DNA of 63,394 nucleotides, the filler included, from Octopus bimaculoides (taxonomy: Eukaryota): the NCBI RefSeq assembly GCF_001194135.2. It is 4 parts of 3 records of this genome, joined end to end, with 100 filler letters (N's around TTAATTAATTAA, not from the genome) between each part and the next. Parts side by side here need not be neighbours in the genome. Positions count along the whole stretch, not along the records: positions 1 to 17,503 come from NC_068993.1; 3 more parts are not named here. The stretch is one strand, 5' to 3'. Of this stretch, positions 1 through 12,923 are shown piece after piece (within the stretch, counting starts at the first letter, position 1; every line of letters starts with the position of its first letter). A model generated the notes under the pieces. The model was not told the origin of the DNA. It saw nothing but the letters and a program-made list of their open reading frames with translations, and did no database searches. The translations under genes and the position numbers were made by a program.

Positions 1-135
1 ATATACATATAAAGAATCACTGAAGAGGTCACAGGATATGTGGCATAGAAAGAAAAGTAAAAATAATAAAACTGAAGACAGACCAAGTATATATATGTTT
101 AATTGGCCAAATATGACCATTTCCAAGTATAACAC

Positions 136-201
<66 letters not shown>

Positions 202-204
202 CGT

Positions 205-985
205 ATATGTGACAGATTTTCACATAGTGTCCGTCTATCATATCAATTCACAAGGCTTTGGTCAGTCTTGTGCTATACAAGAAGACACTTACCCAAGGTA
301 CCATGCAGTGGAACTGAACCCAAAACTATGTGGTTGTGAAGTGCACTTCTTAACCACACAGCCACAGAAACAGAGAAGCATAAACTACAAAATACAAATC
401 TAGCAAACATCTTTTTTTCCTTCTGGATTCCTCTAGATTGGATGCATGTATGGCCAAGTGGTTAAGAAGTTTATAATAATGAGAATCTCTGTTCAATCCT
501 ATTACTATTAGCACCTTGGACAAATTATTTTACTGTAGTCAACCCAGGACTTGTATAACTCAAGGAGATGTGTGTGTAAGTAGAGTACACTATTAGAGTA
601 AGCATGGTTTCTGGGTTTAGTCCCAGAGCATGGGAACTGAACTCAGTGTTTTATATATCCCCAGACTGATCCAAAGCCTTGTGAGTGGATTTGGTATAAA
701 GAAACAGAAAGAAGCGTTTTATGTATGTGTGTGTGTGTGAGAGAGGAAGAGAGAGAGAGAGAGAGTGTGTGTGTGTGTGTGTTTCTGTTTGTCCACACAC
801 CACTGCTTGATAGCCGGTGTTGGTTTGTTTACATCTCTCTACAGTTATTGTTTCAGCAAAAGAGACCGATAGAAGAAATACCACGATTTTAGAAATAAGT
901 ATTGGGGCTGGTTTGTTCCACTCAACCCTTCAAGGTGTGCTGTAGCATGGCCACAGTCCAATGACTGAAGTAAAAGATAAAAAAA
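205..985. mobile_element. Cluster of family A SINE copies (205-365 minus; ~447-560 and ~600-985 plus)
   Basis: cacttacccaaggtaccatgcagtggaactgaacc...accacacagccac (minus); ccaaagccttgtgagtggatttgg plus the 3' half (plus). Confidence 0.75.
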
Positions 986-1333
986 TAGATGAAAACTGTA
1001 TAAAAATCCATCTTTCCTTGTTTTTCCTAGCTTCAGTGTACTCTAGACTGCATTATCTAAAGTATTATTGCATTTCTATGATCTGTAGTATGCGATTTGA
1101 GGATGATTTGTCTGCTATTTCAAGCAGCGGGAGCGGCTACATATTAGTTTACTCCAATGACAATACCTAATGTAGCAAGTAAGGGTTATTTCCCTTACAT
1201 CTTTCAACAACCAAGGGAGTTAATTAGTGTAGTATTAAAATTTAAATTTACAGCTTCGTGATAATGATAACGATTATATGAATACCACCACATCCAATAA
1301 CTACTACTACTACTACTAATTATTATTATAATG

Positions 1334-1385
<52 letters not shown>

Positions 1386-3189
1386 GTAAGCTGCTGGCAA
1401 TGGGAACGATGACGGCTGTTGTTGATAAGTAATGAATATACTAGCTTTTGATAACGCTCCAACTACTAAATATCATTTCATTTCGTTGCATTTTCTTTAA
1501 TCATGTTATTGTTAAGATAGCAGGACGAAGAGCAAGCAAGATCACTGCTATTTAGATCCAAAGCCCGAAGGAAGCACTGTATCTCTTCACTGGAATGGTT
1601 TGAAACAATGTCGTTTACAGTCTCCGATGACGGCATCTGTAAAATGGTTTGATATTTTCATTTCACAAACAGCAGACTTTATTTCGAAGAATTCAGAACC
1701 CGATATTTGTCAGGTGAACTCTGGAATATTTCAGGTGGTGCTATTTCCCTATATGTAAGAGTACACATACACATACACACACACACATTGAACACATCCC
1801 TGTTCGCTTTCAAAAATGCATGCATTATGCCTTGAGTTTCATACACGAACATGTATGTGTATACACACACACGCACATGTACATATAAGTATATGCACAT
1901 ATATAAATATGCATACACGTACATATGCATACGTATACATGCATTTAGCTATTTCTACGTCAGCATTTTCTTTTATGTCTTATTTTGCCCTATAAATTGT
2001 GACACGGCTTAGCGCAGTTTTACAAAGTATTTGTCGTTCAACATCAGTTTTTGATTTAAATAGCGATATTGTGAGGCGATATTTCATTAGTTACATAAAG
2101 AAATAAATGTCAAGCGTGTAGGAATATCAGTTCCTCATCTCATGGGCCGTGCGTTCGAGTTTCGGTGTAAGCTTTCACTCTCTTCACGAAAAACATTCTA
2201 ATTTTCTCAACGTTTGGCGCGTTAAATGGAATAGGGAATTAAAAACGGATTATCTTCGATTGCTAGATTTATTCCTTTTGATGAACATTTAATTACAAAT
2301 AATGATTATAGCCATCGATCCATCATATTTCAAGTATACACACAGTCGATTGGTTAGTTACTAGAAGTATGTGTCCCAAAACAACACTGCTTGTGGAATG
2401 CTGCGTTAAAAACATTAATGCCAGTGAGAGGTTGAAGTTCACCACTATTGCGGCTAGCGAGAGTGCGAGATGCATTCCGTCCTTATAAGGCCTTTTCAGC
2501 AATCCCGTGCTCGGACGAGAATTCGTCTCTTTTGATAAAGAGGGAAGCATACACACGTGCGCACACACAAAACTTCAGATCATTGACAAATGTATATTGG
2601 GAACCACGGGAGACAACTCTGGACACGTTTCTGCCTTATTACCCCCACCCCAGTAAAGCAAAATGATCGTCTGTCAACTGATTTGCATTAACGTTAAAAG
2701 AACTTTTGAATCAACCTCGTTGTTGTTACAATTGCTAGATTACTTGTCCAATTGTCTATGCACATATTCCTCTTTTCTCCGTCCCTTATCGAAGTGGGGG
2801 CTTTGTGGAATATCTTGGTTAGCTAGATTTATTCTTNNNNNNNNNNNNNNNNNNNNNNNNNNNNNNNNNNNNNNNNNNNNNNNNNNNNNNNNNNNNNNNN
2901 NNNNNNNNNNNNNNNNNNNNNNNNNNNNNNNNNNNNNNNNNNNNNNNNNNNNNNNNNNNNNNNNNNNNNNNNNNNNNNNNNNNNNNNNNNNNNNNNNNNN
3001 NNNNNNNNNNNNNNNNNNNNNNNNNNNNNNNNNNNNNNNNNNNNNNNNNNNNNNNNNNNNNNNNNNNNNNNNNNNNNNNNNNNGCTAGGTAAATATAATT
3101 TATTGTACAGGAAGTGTGATGAGATAAGTTTAATTTATAAAACTGATTCAAAGAAATTAATTACTCAAATACACTATACGTATGAAAAA

Positions 3190-3352
3190 CTGGCAGAAAC
3201 GTTAGCACGCCGGGCGAAATGCTTAGCAGTATTTCGTCTGTCTTTACATTCTGAGGCTACAGTAGAAGACACTTGCCTAATGTGCCACGCAGTGGGACTG
3301 AACCCGGAACCATGTGGTCGGTAAGCAAGCTACTTACCACACAGCCACTCCT
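3190..3352. mobile_element. Fused SINE halves: family B head (+) joined to family A head (-)
   Basis: ctggcagaaacgttagcacg...ttctgag|gctacagtagaagacacttgcc...accacacagccactcc. Confidence 0.8.
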
Positions 3353-3567
3353 ATGCATACATATATAAACAAACACATTCATTCAGTAAAATCGATAATA
3401 AAAAAAAAGAGTACAGTGAACTTGCTGTAGGGAGTGGAAAAATTCATCGTTTCGGACGCTGTCTTTCTTCAGGCCAAAAAAAGTGCCAGGAGGTTAATAG
3501 TTAGATTTTCCACTTCCAACTGTACGTTTCCTTCCCTTCGTACCAGTGTGAACGCGCGCAAGCGAAA

Positions 3568-3607
<40 letters not shown>

Positions 3608-4008
3608 CGTACGCAGACATGATGACTGAATGCTGTCACTAAACACTTGAATTCTAGGCATCTATAAGAGCAGGAGCCGACGGTCGAGTCAATATAAGTA
3701 AAGGACAGTAAACTTAGAAGTTCGAGGTTCCTATCATGTCACTGTCACACTTACTGCATTATGTTTATGGCAAAGACACCACTTATCTCCCTGTATTTTC
3801 TACGTGCTTGCTTGATCTGCTAAAAGTAGCTGTTAAATCTCTCTTAAATTACACCCAAGTGTCTTTTAAACAATACATACTTGATAATGTACTTTTGTGT
3901 TCCTTGTACATGTGAAAAAGATGGGATGGTCACGGTTGGAATGCCGTTGATCACGAGTCTGTTCGATCAGTCCTGACTTAAAACTAAAAACCAGTAATAA
4001 TATAATAA

Positions 4009-4234
4009 GGCGGTGAGCTGGCAGAAACGTTAGCACGCCGGGCGAAATGCTTAGTGGTATTTCGTCTGCCGTTACGTTCTGAGTTCAAATTGCGCCGTGG
4101 TCGACTTTGCCTTTCATCCTATCGAAGTCGATAAATTAAGTACCAGTTACGTACTGGTGTCGATGTAATCGACATAATCCTTTGTTTGCCCCCCCCCCCT
4201 ATGTTTTGCCCCTTGTGAGCAATAAAGAAATAAG
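4009..4234 (+). mobile_element. Family B SINE, full-length
   Basis: ggcggtgagctggcagaaacgttagcacg...gttctgagttcaaat...gcctttcatcc...gtcgataaattaagtaccag...gtcgatgtaatcgac. The same sequence recurs more than 15 times in the window. Confidence 0.88.
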
Positions 4235-6218
4235 TAACATAATAAAGCTTCAGTGTGCCAAGGGCGAGGTGAAGGATGAAGGACAAATCCACTTTTGNNN
4301 NNNNNNNNNNNNNNNNNNNNNNNNNNNNNNNNNNNNNNNNNNNNNNNNNNNNNNNNNNNNNNNNNNNNNNNNNNNNNNNNNNNNNNNNNNNNNNNNNNNN
4401 NNNNNNNNNNNNNNNNNNNNNNNNNNNNNNNNNNNNNNNNNNNNNNNNNNNNNNNNNNNNNNNNNNNNNNNNNNNNNNNNNNNNNNNNNNNNNNNNNNNN
4501 NNNNNNNNNNNNNNNNNNNNNNNNNNNNNNNNNNNNNNNNNNNNNNNNNNNNNNNNNNNNNNNNNNNNNNNNNNNNNNNNNNNNNNNNNNNNNNNNNNNN
4601 NNNNNNNNNNNNNNNNNNNNNNNNNNNNNNNNNNNNNNNNNNNNNNNNNNNNNNNNNNNNNNNNNNNNNNNNNNNNNNNNNNNNNNNNNNNNNNNNNNNN
4701 NNNNNNNNNNNNNNNNNNNNNNNNNNNNNNNNNNNNNNNNNNNNNNNNNNNNNNNNNNNNNNNNNNNNNNNNNNNNNNNNNNNNNNNNNNNNNNNNNNNN
4801 NNNNNNNNNNNNNNNNNNNNNNNNNNNNNNNNNNNNNNNNNNNNNNNNNNNNNNNNNNNNNNNNNNNNNNNNNNNNNNNNNNNNNNNNNNNNNNNNNNNN
4901 NNNNNNNNNNNNNNNNNNNNNNNNNNNNNNNNNNNNNNNNNNNNNNNNNNNNNNNNNNNNNNNNNNNNNNNNNNNNNNNNNNNNNNNNNNNNNNNNNNNN
5001 NNNNNNNNNNNNNNNNNNNNNNNNNNNNNNNNNNNNNNNNNNNNNNNNNNNNNNNNNNNNNNNNNNNNNNNNNNNNNNNNNNNNNNNNNNNNNNNNNNNN
5101 NNNNNNNNNNNNNNNNNNNNNNNNNNNNNNNNNNNNNNNNNNNNNNNNNNNNNNNNNNNNNNNNNNNNNNNNNNNNNNNNNNNNNNNNNNNNNNNNNNNN
5201 NNNNNNNNNNNNNNNNNNNNNNNNNNNNNNNNNNNNNNNNNNNNNNNNNNNNNNNNNNNNNNNNNNNNNNNNNNNNNNNNNNNNNNNNNNNNNNNNCAAA
5301 ATTGACATCGGTAGAATTTGAACTCAGAGCTAGAAGAAATGCTGAATGCATTTTTCTAACGAACTAACGATTTTACCAACTCACCACTTTTGCACCTTTG
5401 TAAAAATAACCCCCCCCCCCAAAAAAAAACCCCCAAAAAAATTTGAGAAGGTTGGCCGATACCATCGACCCAGTATTTGACCGGTATTTTGATGAATTGA
5501 TTCTAATGTATGTGAAACAACATTGACATGGGTGGGATTTGAAACCAGAATACAAGCCATTTTTCAGATACCCTAGAGATTCTGCCACCTTGCTGTTTTT
5601 ACGTCTGTGTAAATAACAATATTCTAGTCCATAAAATCGTAAAAAGATATTACATTGCAGGGACTGCCTGGGTTTTTCATTAAACTGAAGGCTGGAAGAA
5701 TAAAGTATTTGCGAAGTATCGGAGCTGATATAAGTAAAGCCACTCCTTCTCCCAAAACTTGAAGCATTGTGTATTTATATGTAACAAAATACAGTAAGCG
5801 GAGTTAGTACTACTAAACTAATGAGTATTCCATTGGCTTGCAGTATGAAATTTTGCCCTTGGAGTGAAAAAGTCAACCAACAAGGGACGCTCCATTAAGA
5901 TAGGAAAATTACGTCTAATGCGAAGCAGTCCAGTGGATGGCAAAAGTATATGAAAGCGCATACATTTCCATTGTATAAATAAATCTTTATTCGTTTGCTA
6001 TTATTATTATTATTATTATTGTTCAGCTACAAAAAATATTTATCAAACTACTCATTCTTAGAAAGGAGGGGGGGGAATCTATCGTTTGATACATGCTCTT
6101 TCATATTTACCGTTGTTTTACCATAAATCGTAGGCACTGGTTTTATATGAAAGGCCGTGTTTAAAATACTATGACGGATTCTAAATTGCCCATCATAAAA
6201 GTGTGCCTATTGTTCAGG

Positions 6219-6253
<35 letters not shown>

Positions 6254-7173
6254 CGCGTACGTTTATATACACACACATATATAACAGAGAGGGATGCCGA
6301 GAGATTCACACTTATATTTGTTTACATGTATATATGTGTGCGTGTGTGTGTGTGTATGTGTGTGTGTGTGTGTTATTCATACATACATACATACACATAT
6401 ATATTTACACGCACACATACACATATGTATAAATAATACGATTGTGTTCAATACTTTATATTCAATCAGACACATACACAACATTAACACGCAAATACAG
6501 ACACAAATGTAAAGAAAGATCTACAACATTTCCATTTTTTTTCTTTTTCTTATTCCCGATTCTTTGTCATTTCTAGTTTCTGTTGATGCAATATATTATT
6601 GTCTCCAATATAGGAGATTTACAGTTTGTTTAGTTAACCATAAAATGTCACCTCAATTCTGCGTGTAGATTGGCGGTGTAGCCAGCAGACGACACTAAAC
6701 TGCAAAACAAGAAAACCGTGACTGGAACAAATGTTCTGTGTCCACAATATGTTAGCTCATTACATTTTAAATCTTTCGAGAATATCTCGAGAAGCTGAAT
6801 AAAAAATTTCCCCTGTTCTCCTCTCTTTCTCTTTGATATCATGCACACACACATGCACAGGTAAATATACATATGCATGTAACACTTATGCATATACACA
6901 TACACATATATACATATACATATATATNNNNNNNNNNNNNNNNNNNNNNNNNNNNNNNNNNNNNNNNNNNNNNNNNNNNNNNNNNNNNNNNNNNNNNNNN
7001 NNNNNNNNNNNNNNNNNNNNNNNNNNNNNNNNNNNNNNNNNNNNNNNNNNNNNNNNNNNNNNNNNNNNNNNNNNNNNNNNNNNNNNNNNNNNNNNNNNNN
7101 NNNNNNNNNNNNNNNNNNNNNNNNNNNNNNNNNNNNNNNNNNNNNNNNNNNNNNNNNNNNNNNNNNNNNNNNN

Positions 7174-7205
<32 letters not shown>

Positions 7206-7753
7206 CTATATACATGTACATATATACATATATGAGCGCAGACACATACACATATAAGTATACACATCTATACACACAGAGACCTATCTACAGACATACA
7301 TACATACATACATACAGACATACATACATGAATGCATACATACATACATACATACATACATACATACAAACAAACATATATACATAAATACATACATTCA
7401 AACATACATACATACATACAAACAAACATATATACATAAATACATACATTCAAACATACATACATACATACATACACATCTATACTTTGGTTGTTTTGTG
7501 CGTTCCACCCAAATTCTAATTTAAATATCACCAGTGGTCGAGAAAATAAGTGCAAAACAAACGAGGTTTCATGTGGTCACTCGACCGACCAGAAATAGCA
7601 GCAAAATCTACCTTAAGCTACACACTACCTATCAAAGAGAAAATAAAAGAAACAACCGGAAAACATATTGAATAATATAACATCATATTTGAAAAATATA
7701 GGGTTAGATGTCGTTGGTAGTAACATCTTTAATTATAGGTCTGCAAAAACAAC

Positions 7754-7790
<37 letters not shown>

Positions 7791-8314
7791 ACAAATAAAC
7801 AACATATTCCTTTGATCGTATTCTGCGACAACAAGATCATACCAGAAACCAGAATATAAACTTGTAAAATTTTGAAAGAAAAAAACTATAGAAAGTAATT
7901 TTCAAGATTTTGGTTAAAAATCACTGATTTATAAATAATAAAAAAATATTGGACTTGGCGGCGTCATTAGTTTTTGAGGTACTAGACATTCAATCAATCA
8001 ACCAAATTAACAAACAAGAAAAGAAAAAAAACAGTTAATACATTAACTCATTAAATGCTGGCTTGCGAACGCTCTGAAGTTGTCAAGTCTAAGCAGTATA
8101 CAAAATAGCAAAGACAAATCTTGTCATTTCCCCATAGCAGACCTGCAAGGATGTGTTCTCCCACCGCCTTTTTAAAACTTATACTTACCTCATTTTCTCT
8201 GAAAATGTATAAAGTAAAATTTACTTCCAAAAATTTGTTATTTTCCTAACAGAGTACGGCAAGGGTCCATCCTCTCACCGTTTCTTTTTAACGTCCTCTT
8301 ATGCGTCTTTCTCT

Positions 8315-8697
8315 GTGGAGGTGCAATGGCCCAGTGGTTAGGGCGGCAGACTCGCGGTCATAGGATCGCGGTTTCGATTCGCAGACCGGGCATTGTGAGT
8401 GTTTATTGAGCGAAAACACCTAAAGCTCCACGAGGCTCCGGCAGGAGATGGTGGCGAACCCTGTTGTACACTTTCACCACGACTTTCTCTCACTCTTTCT
8501 TCTGGTTTCTATTGTACCTGTAATTCAAAGGGTCAGCCTTGTCACACTGTGTCACGCTGAATATCCCCGAGAACTACGTTAAGGGTACACGTGTCTGCGG
8601 AGTGCTCAGCCACTTGCACGTTAATTTCACGTGCAGGCTGTTCCGTTGATCAGATCAACTGGAACCCTCGTCGTCGTAAGCGACGGAGTGCCAACAA
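8315..8697 (+). mobile_element. Full-length tRNA-derived SINE (family C) with (AAC/AAT) tail
   Basis: Head with A box tggcccagtgg and B box ggtttcgattc. The body matches 24690-24990 and the reverse complement of 8746-8925. Confidence 0.88.
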
Positions 8698-8745
8698 TAA
8701 TATATCATAACGGCACCCCTATCACTTAAACAGCAACTAAACCCT

Positions 8746-8925
8746 AGTGAGAGAAAGTTGTGGTGAAAGAGTACAGCAGGGTTCACCACCATCCCCTGCC
8801 GGAGCCTCGTGGAGTTTTAGGTGTTTTCGCTCAATAATCACTCATAACGGCCGGTCTGGGAATCGAAACCGCGATCCTATGACCGCGAGTCCGCTGCCTT
8901 AACCACTAGGCCATTGCGCCTCCAC
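8746..8925 (-). mobile_element. Family C SINE, 5' half, inverted relative to 8315-8697
   Basis: Reverse complement of 8315-8494 with scattered substitutions. Confidence 0.88.
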
Positions 8926-9554
8926 TATGATATATTAACATACAAAATAAAAGAATAATAAAGATATTTGTTGACTTTGGTGGGATTTGAACAGAGGGCG
9001 CTGAAGTAAATGGTCTAACATTCTTTTGACTTAGTTAATTCGCTGCTTAATGTATTTCATCTTGCTTAACGAATAACATATTGTAATATAATATAATATG
9101 GTGGAATGTAATATAATGGAAGTTGTAGTAGGAGGAGGAAGAGGCAAGGAGAAGGAAAAGAGGAAAGAGAAAGACAAGAAGGAATAGGAAGAGAGGTAAG
9201 ATAAGGAAAATAAGGAAAGAGAAAGAGGGTGAGAAGGAGAACAAGAAAACAAGAGCAATGAAGGAATACGTTGTAAAAGACCTTACTAAGCAAAATACTG
9301 TTTATATTACAGTGTGTACAGAATGTGAAATTTTCAAACTGACCACAGCAACTACTTAAACGGATCTGTCTTATTCTCGATCAATCTTCAGTCGTGCTAC
9401 AGGGAAAGAATATTGGATTACAAGGAAAATAGCTATTACTCTTTGAAATAACGTAATTGTTTTAAATAGTCTCCAATTGTAAAGGAAATCAACGGATGGC
9501 TTACAGCAATCGATCTTTATGGAAGAACCAATGAAATTGTTCTTCAGCATATAC

Positions 9555-9590
<36 letters not shown>

Positions 9591-9617
9591 NNNNNNNNNN
9601 NNNNNNNNNNNNNNNNN

Positions 9618-9665
<48 letters not shown>

Positions 9666-10694
9666 ATAGAATGAAGAAACCATAAGAATAGATTATAGCC
9701 GTTATTTTCCAGATAGAATAGATTTTCTCTGGAAGTTATGAATACCCAAAAATCTAAAAGCGTAAGATAGGCTGAGAATTCGACCATTACACAAAACTCA
9801 CATGTTTACTGCGTCCATTAAAGGATTGAGAACGGAACCTTTCAAATCCATGATATATGTTCGTGTTATCGATCCTGCCGTCCGATTTCGATCATGCAGA
9901 AGTGAAAAATATAGGAATTTAGGAAGTAAATCCATTCGAGTATGGAAGGGATGAATTCTGGTAGTGGTGGTGGCGGTGGCGGTAGTGGGTTGAGACACAG
10001 CGAAACGGAGGTGATGTAGTCATATTAAACATAGCAATGATATAGAGATGGAACTGTTGCAGCTAGCTATACACACTGGAACTAATTCATCAAGCAGTAA
10101 CAACTCACCTATAATATTTAATGTCACCTGGGCTTATATTTAGATAAACTCAGCGTATTCAAAATCATCCCATGGAGAGAAATGAAAAGCGAAAAGCAAC
10201 CGGTGAAAAATACAGATATATCTCCCCAGCTCCACCATTCTATACTTCACCCTACTCCACAGCACAACCACCGTGTATTATATATTTCATTCGATATTCT
10301 TTACAATTTTATGATATTAAACTTTGTATTGGAAAGAAAAACCTATTTTTGTATCTCTCCAACTTTCTGTATTTATAAGTATTGTATTTTTAAATTTTAG
10401 CCAAATAAATATTTTCAGTTTTCTGATCACAGCGGGGGACTCCCCTGATTCAGTAAACCGCTTGATCACCATGTGTGTCTTCAAGTTATTGGTAGTTAGC
10501 CATTTTGTATCTAGAGCTCATTACTAGACTTAAGCCGGGGCGATTGATTAAGAAGTTCGCTTTGCAATCAAGAAGCCTCGGGTTCAATCCGTGTGCTCAG
10601 TTTCATGAGCGAATGTCTTAGCTGTAGCTTCGGGTCGACTCCAGTTTTGCCGGTGGCAAACAGAAACTGTGTGGAAGCTTGTTAAATGAACTGT

Positions 10695-11160
10695 ACCAGT
10701 AAGTGACAACGTTATGACGATGAAGCTCCCACTGACAAGGTACTTGCCAGTGATATTATTGTAATCACTATATTCTTCAGCTATGATAAACCCCAGTGAA
10801 TATAAAGAAGTCTTCTATAACCAGTTAGAACGTATATTATGCAACATTCTCCACATGAACAAAAGAAGTATTAATACCGAGAGATAATATTTAATCCTAC
10901 TTTAAACGTGGATGTTCTATTTATTTATTTAAGTGGGGATAAATATTATCTCTCAGTATTAATATTACCTCTGTTGCTAATATATATATATTTTAACAAG
11001 TTCACTGGCTTATCACTTGAACAAACTGCTACTAGTAGGAGACCTCAAAGCCAGAATAGGAAACGTCTATAAAAATATGTCAGTAGTTATGAGCAATCAT
11101 CTGAGGTAGCTGTAACAACAACGGGGAACTTCTACAGGCTTGTTGTTATGAGTAACCGAA
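10695..11160 (+). mobile_element. Decayed RTE-type apurinic endonuclease fragment, interrupted by a hairpin insertion
   Basis: PVSDNVMTMKLPL...NPSEYKEVFYNQLE [insert ~10860-11010] KLLLVGDLKARIG...NNNGELL, matching the APE motif GDFNARxG. Confidence 0.7.
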
Positions 11161-11798
11161 TGAGTGAACTAATACTGAACAAATATCGAATGAACAAATG
11201 AATGAACTAGTAGTGAACAAATATCATGAATTGTTATAGTTCGGAAAACCGAACTATAATAATCCGGACTTACCCTTGTTTCAAGCCCTGGTATATGACT
11301 GGTTTTTCTCCTTTAACAGAGGTAGGACAGAAAATAGAATAAATATCCACAGAACTGCAGCTATGCTTGGTGTAAACTCCTGGATCAAATGTCTGCTCTT
11401 AAAATCTAAAATCACTTTCAAATTGCACCATCAAAAGCACAAATAGACAAAAAATAACATATTCGTTTAACAGAGCCAAAAACATCTAAATTCAAGAAAT
11501 AATACTAGAGACTCATTGTAGTTTCTGCCCAAACTAATGCAACGAGTCATGGCCTTCTGTCATCATCAACTTCAAGAGATATACTTAGAACAGGAGGAGG
11601 TAATTCAATTGATTGAACAACAGAATCCTCATTGCCAGACCACGGAGATTTACCATTATACTTTTAGGACTACAGTTACATGCAGGAAACATAATTCACT
11701 TTACAAATAGCTGAACAAAGGAGTCTGCATACCTACCCAGCGTGCAAGAAATTGCTACCAACTTTACCTCAAATCAAACCTAAATTATGTGCCATATA

Positions 11799-12019
11799 TA
11801 CGATGGGGTTCTGAAAAGCTCCTGGTGTTGACAGTTTCGCGAAAGCCCTGGCTGGAAGCCCAACCTTTCGAATTCTTTTACAGGGGTTATAAAAATTGAA
11901 GGACCGCTGCAATAAGTGTGTAAATCTGAGAGGTGGATATGTTGAATAGAATCATATTTAACTGATCCTCTTGTGTTTTCTTGTACCCAAAGCCAGCAAA
12001 TTTTCTGTACCTCCTCGTG
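11799..12019 (+). mobile_element. Mariner-derived MITE (~220 bp)
   Basis: Starts tacgatggggttctgaaaagctcctgg after TATA and retains a transposase C-terminal remnant (KCVNLRGGYVE*). Colinear with the reverse complement of 56478-56683. Confidence 0.7.
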
Positions 12020-12397
12020 AATCACAAACAGGTCTTTAAAATAACAGAAACGACATATTGTGTAATGTAGTCCTAGATATACATATGCTTTAAGTGAATA
12101 AGACGGTTGGTTGTAATCATAAGAACTCTAGTCGAGCAGTAAAAATAAGTTGATAGATTTGTATATCGATACAGTCGCTCGATCGATTTATCTGTGTCAT
12201 ATGTCTGATTGATTACAGTTTGGCTGGATTAAAACAATGACAACAACAGTAACAACAACAAGAGTAGAATGGAGAACAACAAAAATAAGAATTGACTGGA
12301 GCTGAACAATAACAACAACAAAAACTCGAAGTGAATGGGGTACAACAATATTTGATGGAGTAACAGCAACAACAATAACAATAATTGACTGGAATCG

Positions 12398-12605
12398 ATA
12401 ATAATGGTTTCAACTTTTGGAACAAGGCCAGCAATTTCGGGGGCGGGAGTAAGTCGTTTACAGCGACGCCAGTGCTCAACTGGTACTTATTTTATCGACC
12501 CCGATAGGATGAAAGGCAAAAACGACCTCGGCGAAATTTGAACTCAGAACGTAAAGACGGACGAAATGCCACTAAGCATTTCCTCCGTGTGCTAACGATT
12601 CTGCC
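12398..12605 (-). mobile_element. Family B SINE
   Basis: Matches the reverse complement of 4009-4175. A further partial copy lies at ~12763-12900. Confidence 0.85.
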
Positions 12606-12923
12606 TTAACAACAATAATAACAACAACATCAAGTGACTAAACAGCAGCAACTTCAAGAGTTGAATGGAGAACAACATAAATAAGAACTGATTGAGCTAA
12701 ACAACAATGACAACAACGAGGTGAATGGCGTCTAGCAAAAACAATTGACAGAAACTCAACAATAATAGTTTTAAATATTGGTAAAAGGCTAGTAGTTTTT
12801 AGAAGAGAGGTTCAGATGATTGCATCGACCCCCCCCCCATACGTAACTGGTACCTTATTTTATTGAGCCCGGAGAGATGAAATGCAAATCTGACCCCGGG
12901 TGGCCAATGTCTTTGGTGGTGCT

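Noticed and set aside
29-403. Many YIYI/CVCV/HTHT/ERER/poly-I/M/L ORFs across the window
   Set aside because: Translations of microsatellites.
2323-2568. Hydrophobic 81-aa minus-strand ORF
   Set aside because: Starts in a (TG)n tract, has weak splice signals and no recognisable family.
4119-5367. Long ORFs in the track here and at 35810-36612, 45333-46346, 55141-55827 and similar
   Set aside because: Their length comes from N runs.
8315-8395. tRNA-like heads of SINE families as tRNA genes
   Set aside because: They keep A/B boxes but no closed acceptor stem, and they continue into SINE bodies.
9801-9874. Minus-strand ITRTYIMDLKGS, resembling the PIP-kinase DLKGS motif, ending at a GTGAGT donor
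   Set aside because: Needs a 2-aa insertion, the acceptor is poor and no other kinase exons were found.
11380-11790. Possible CR1/L2 pre-RT remnant
   Set aside because: Similarity too weak to support by eye.
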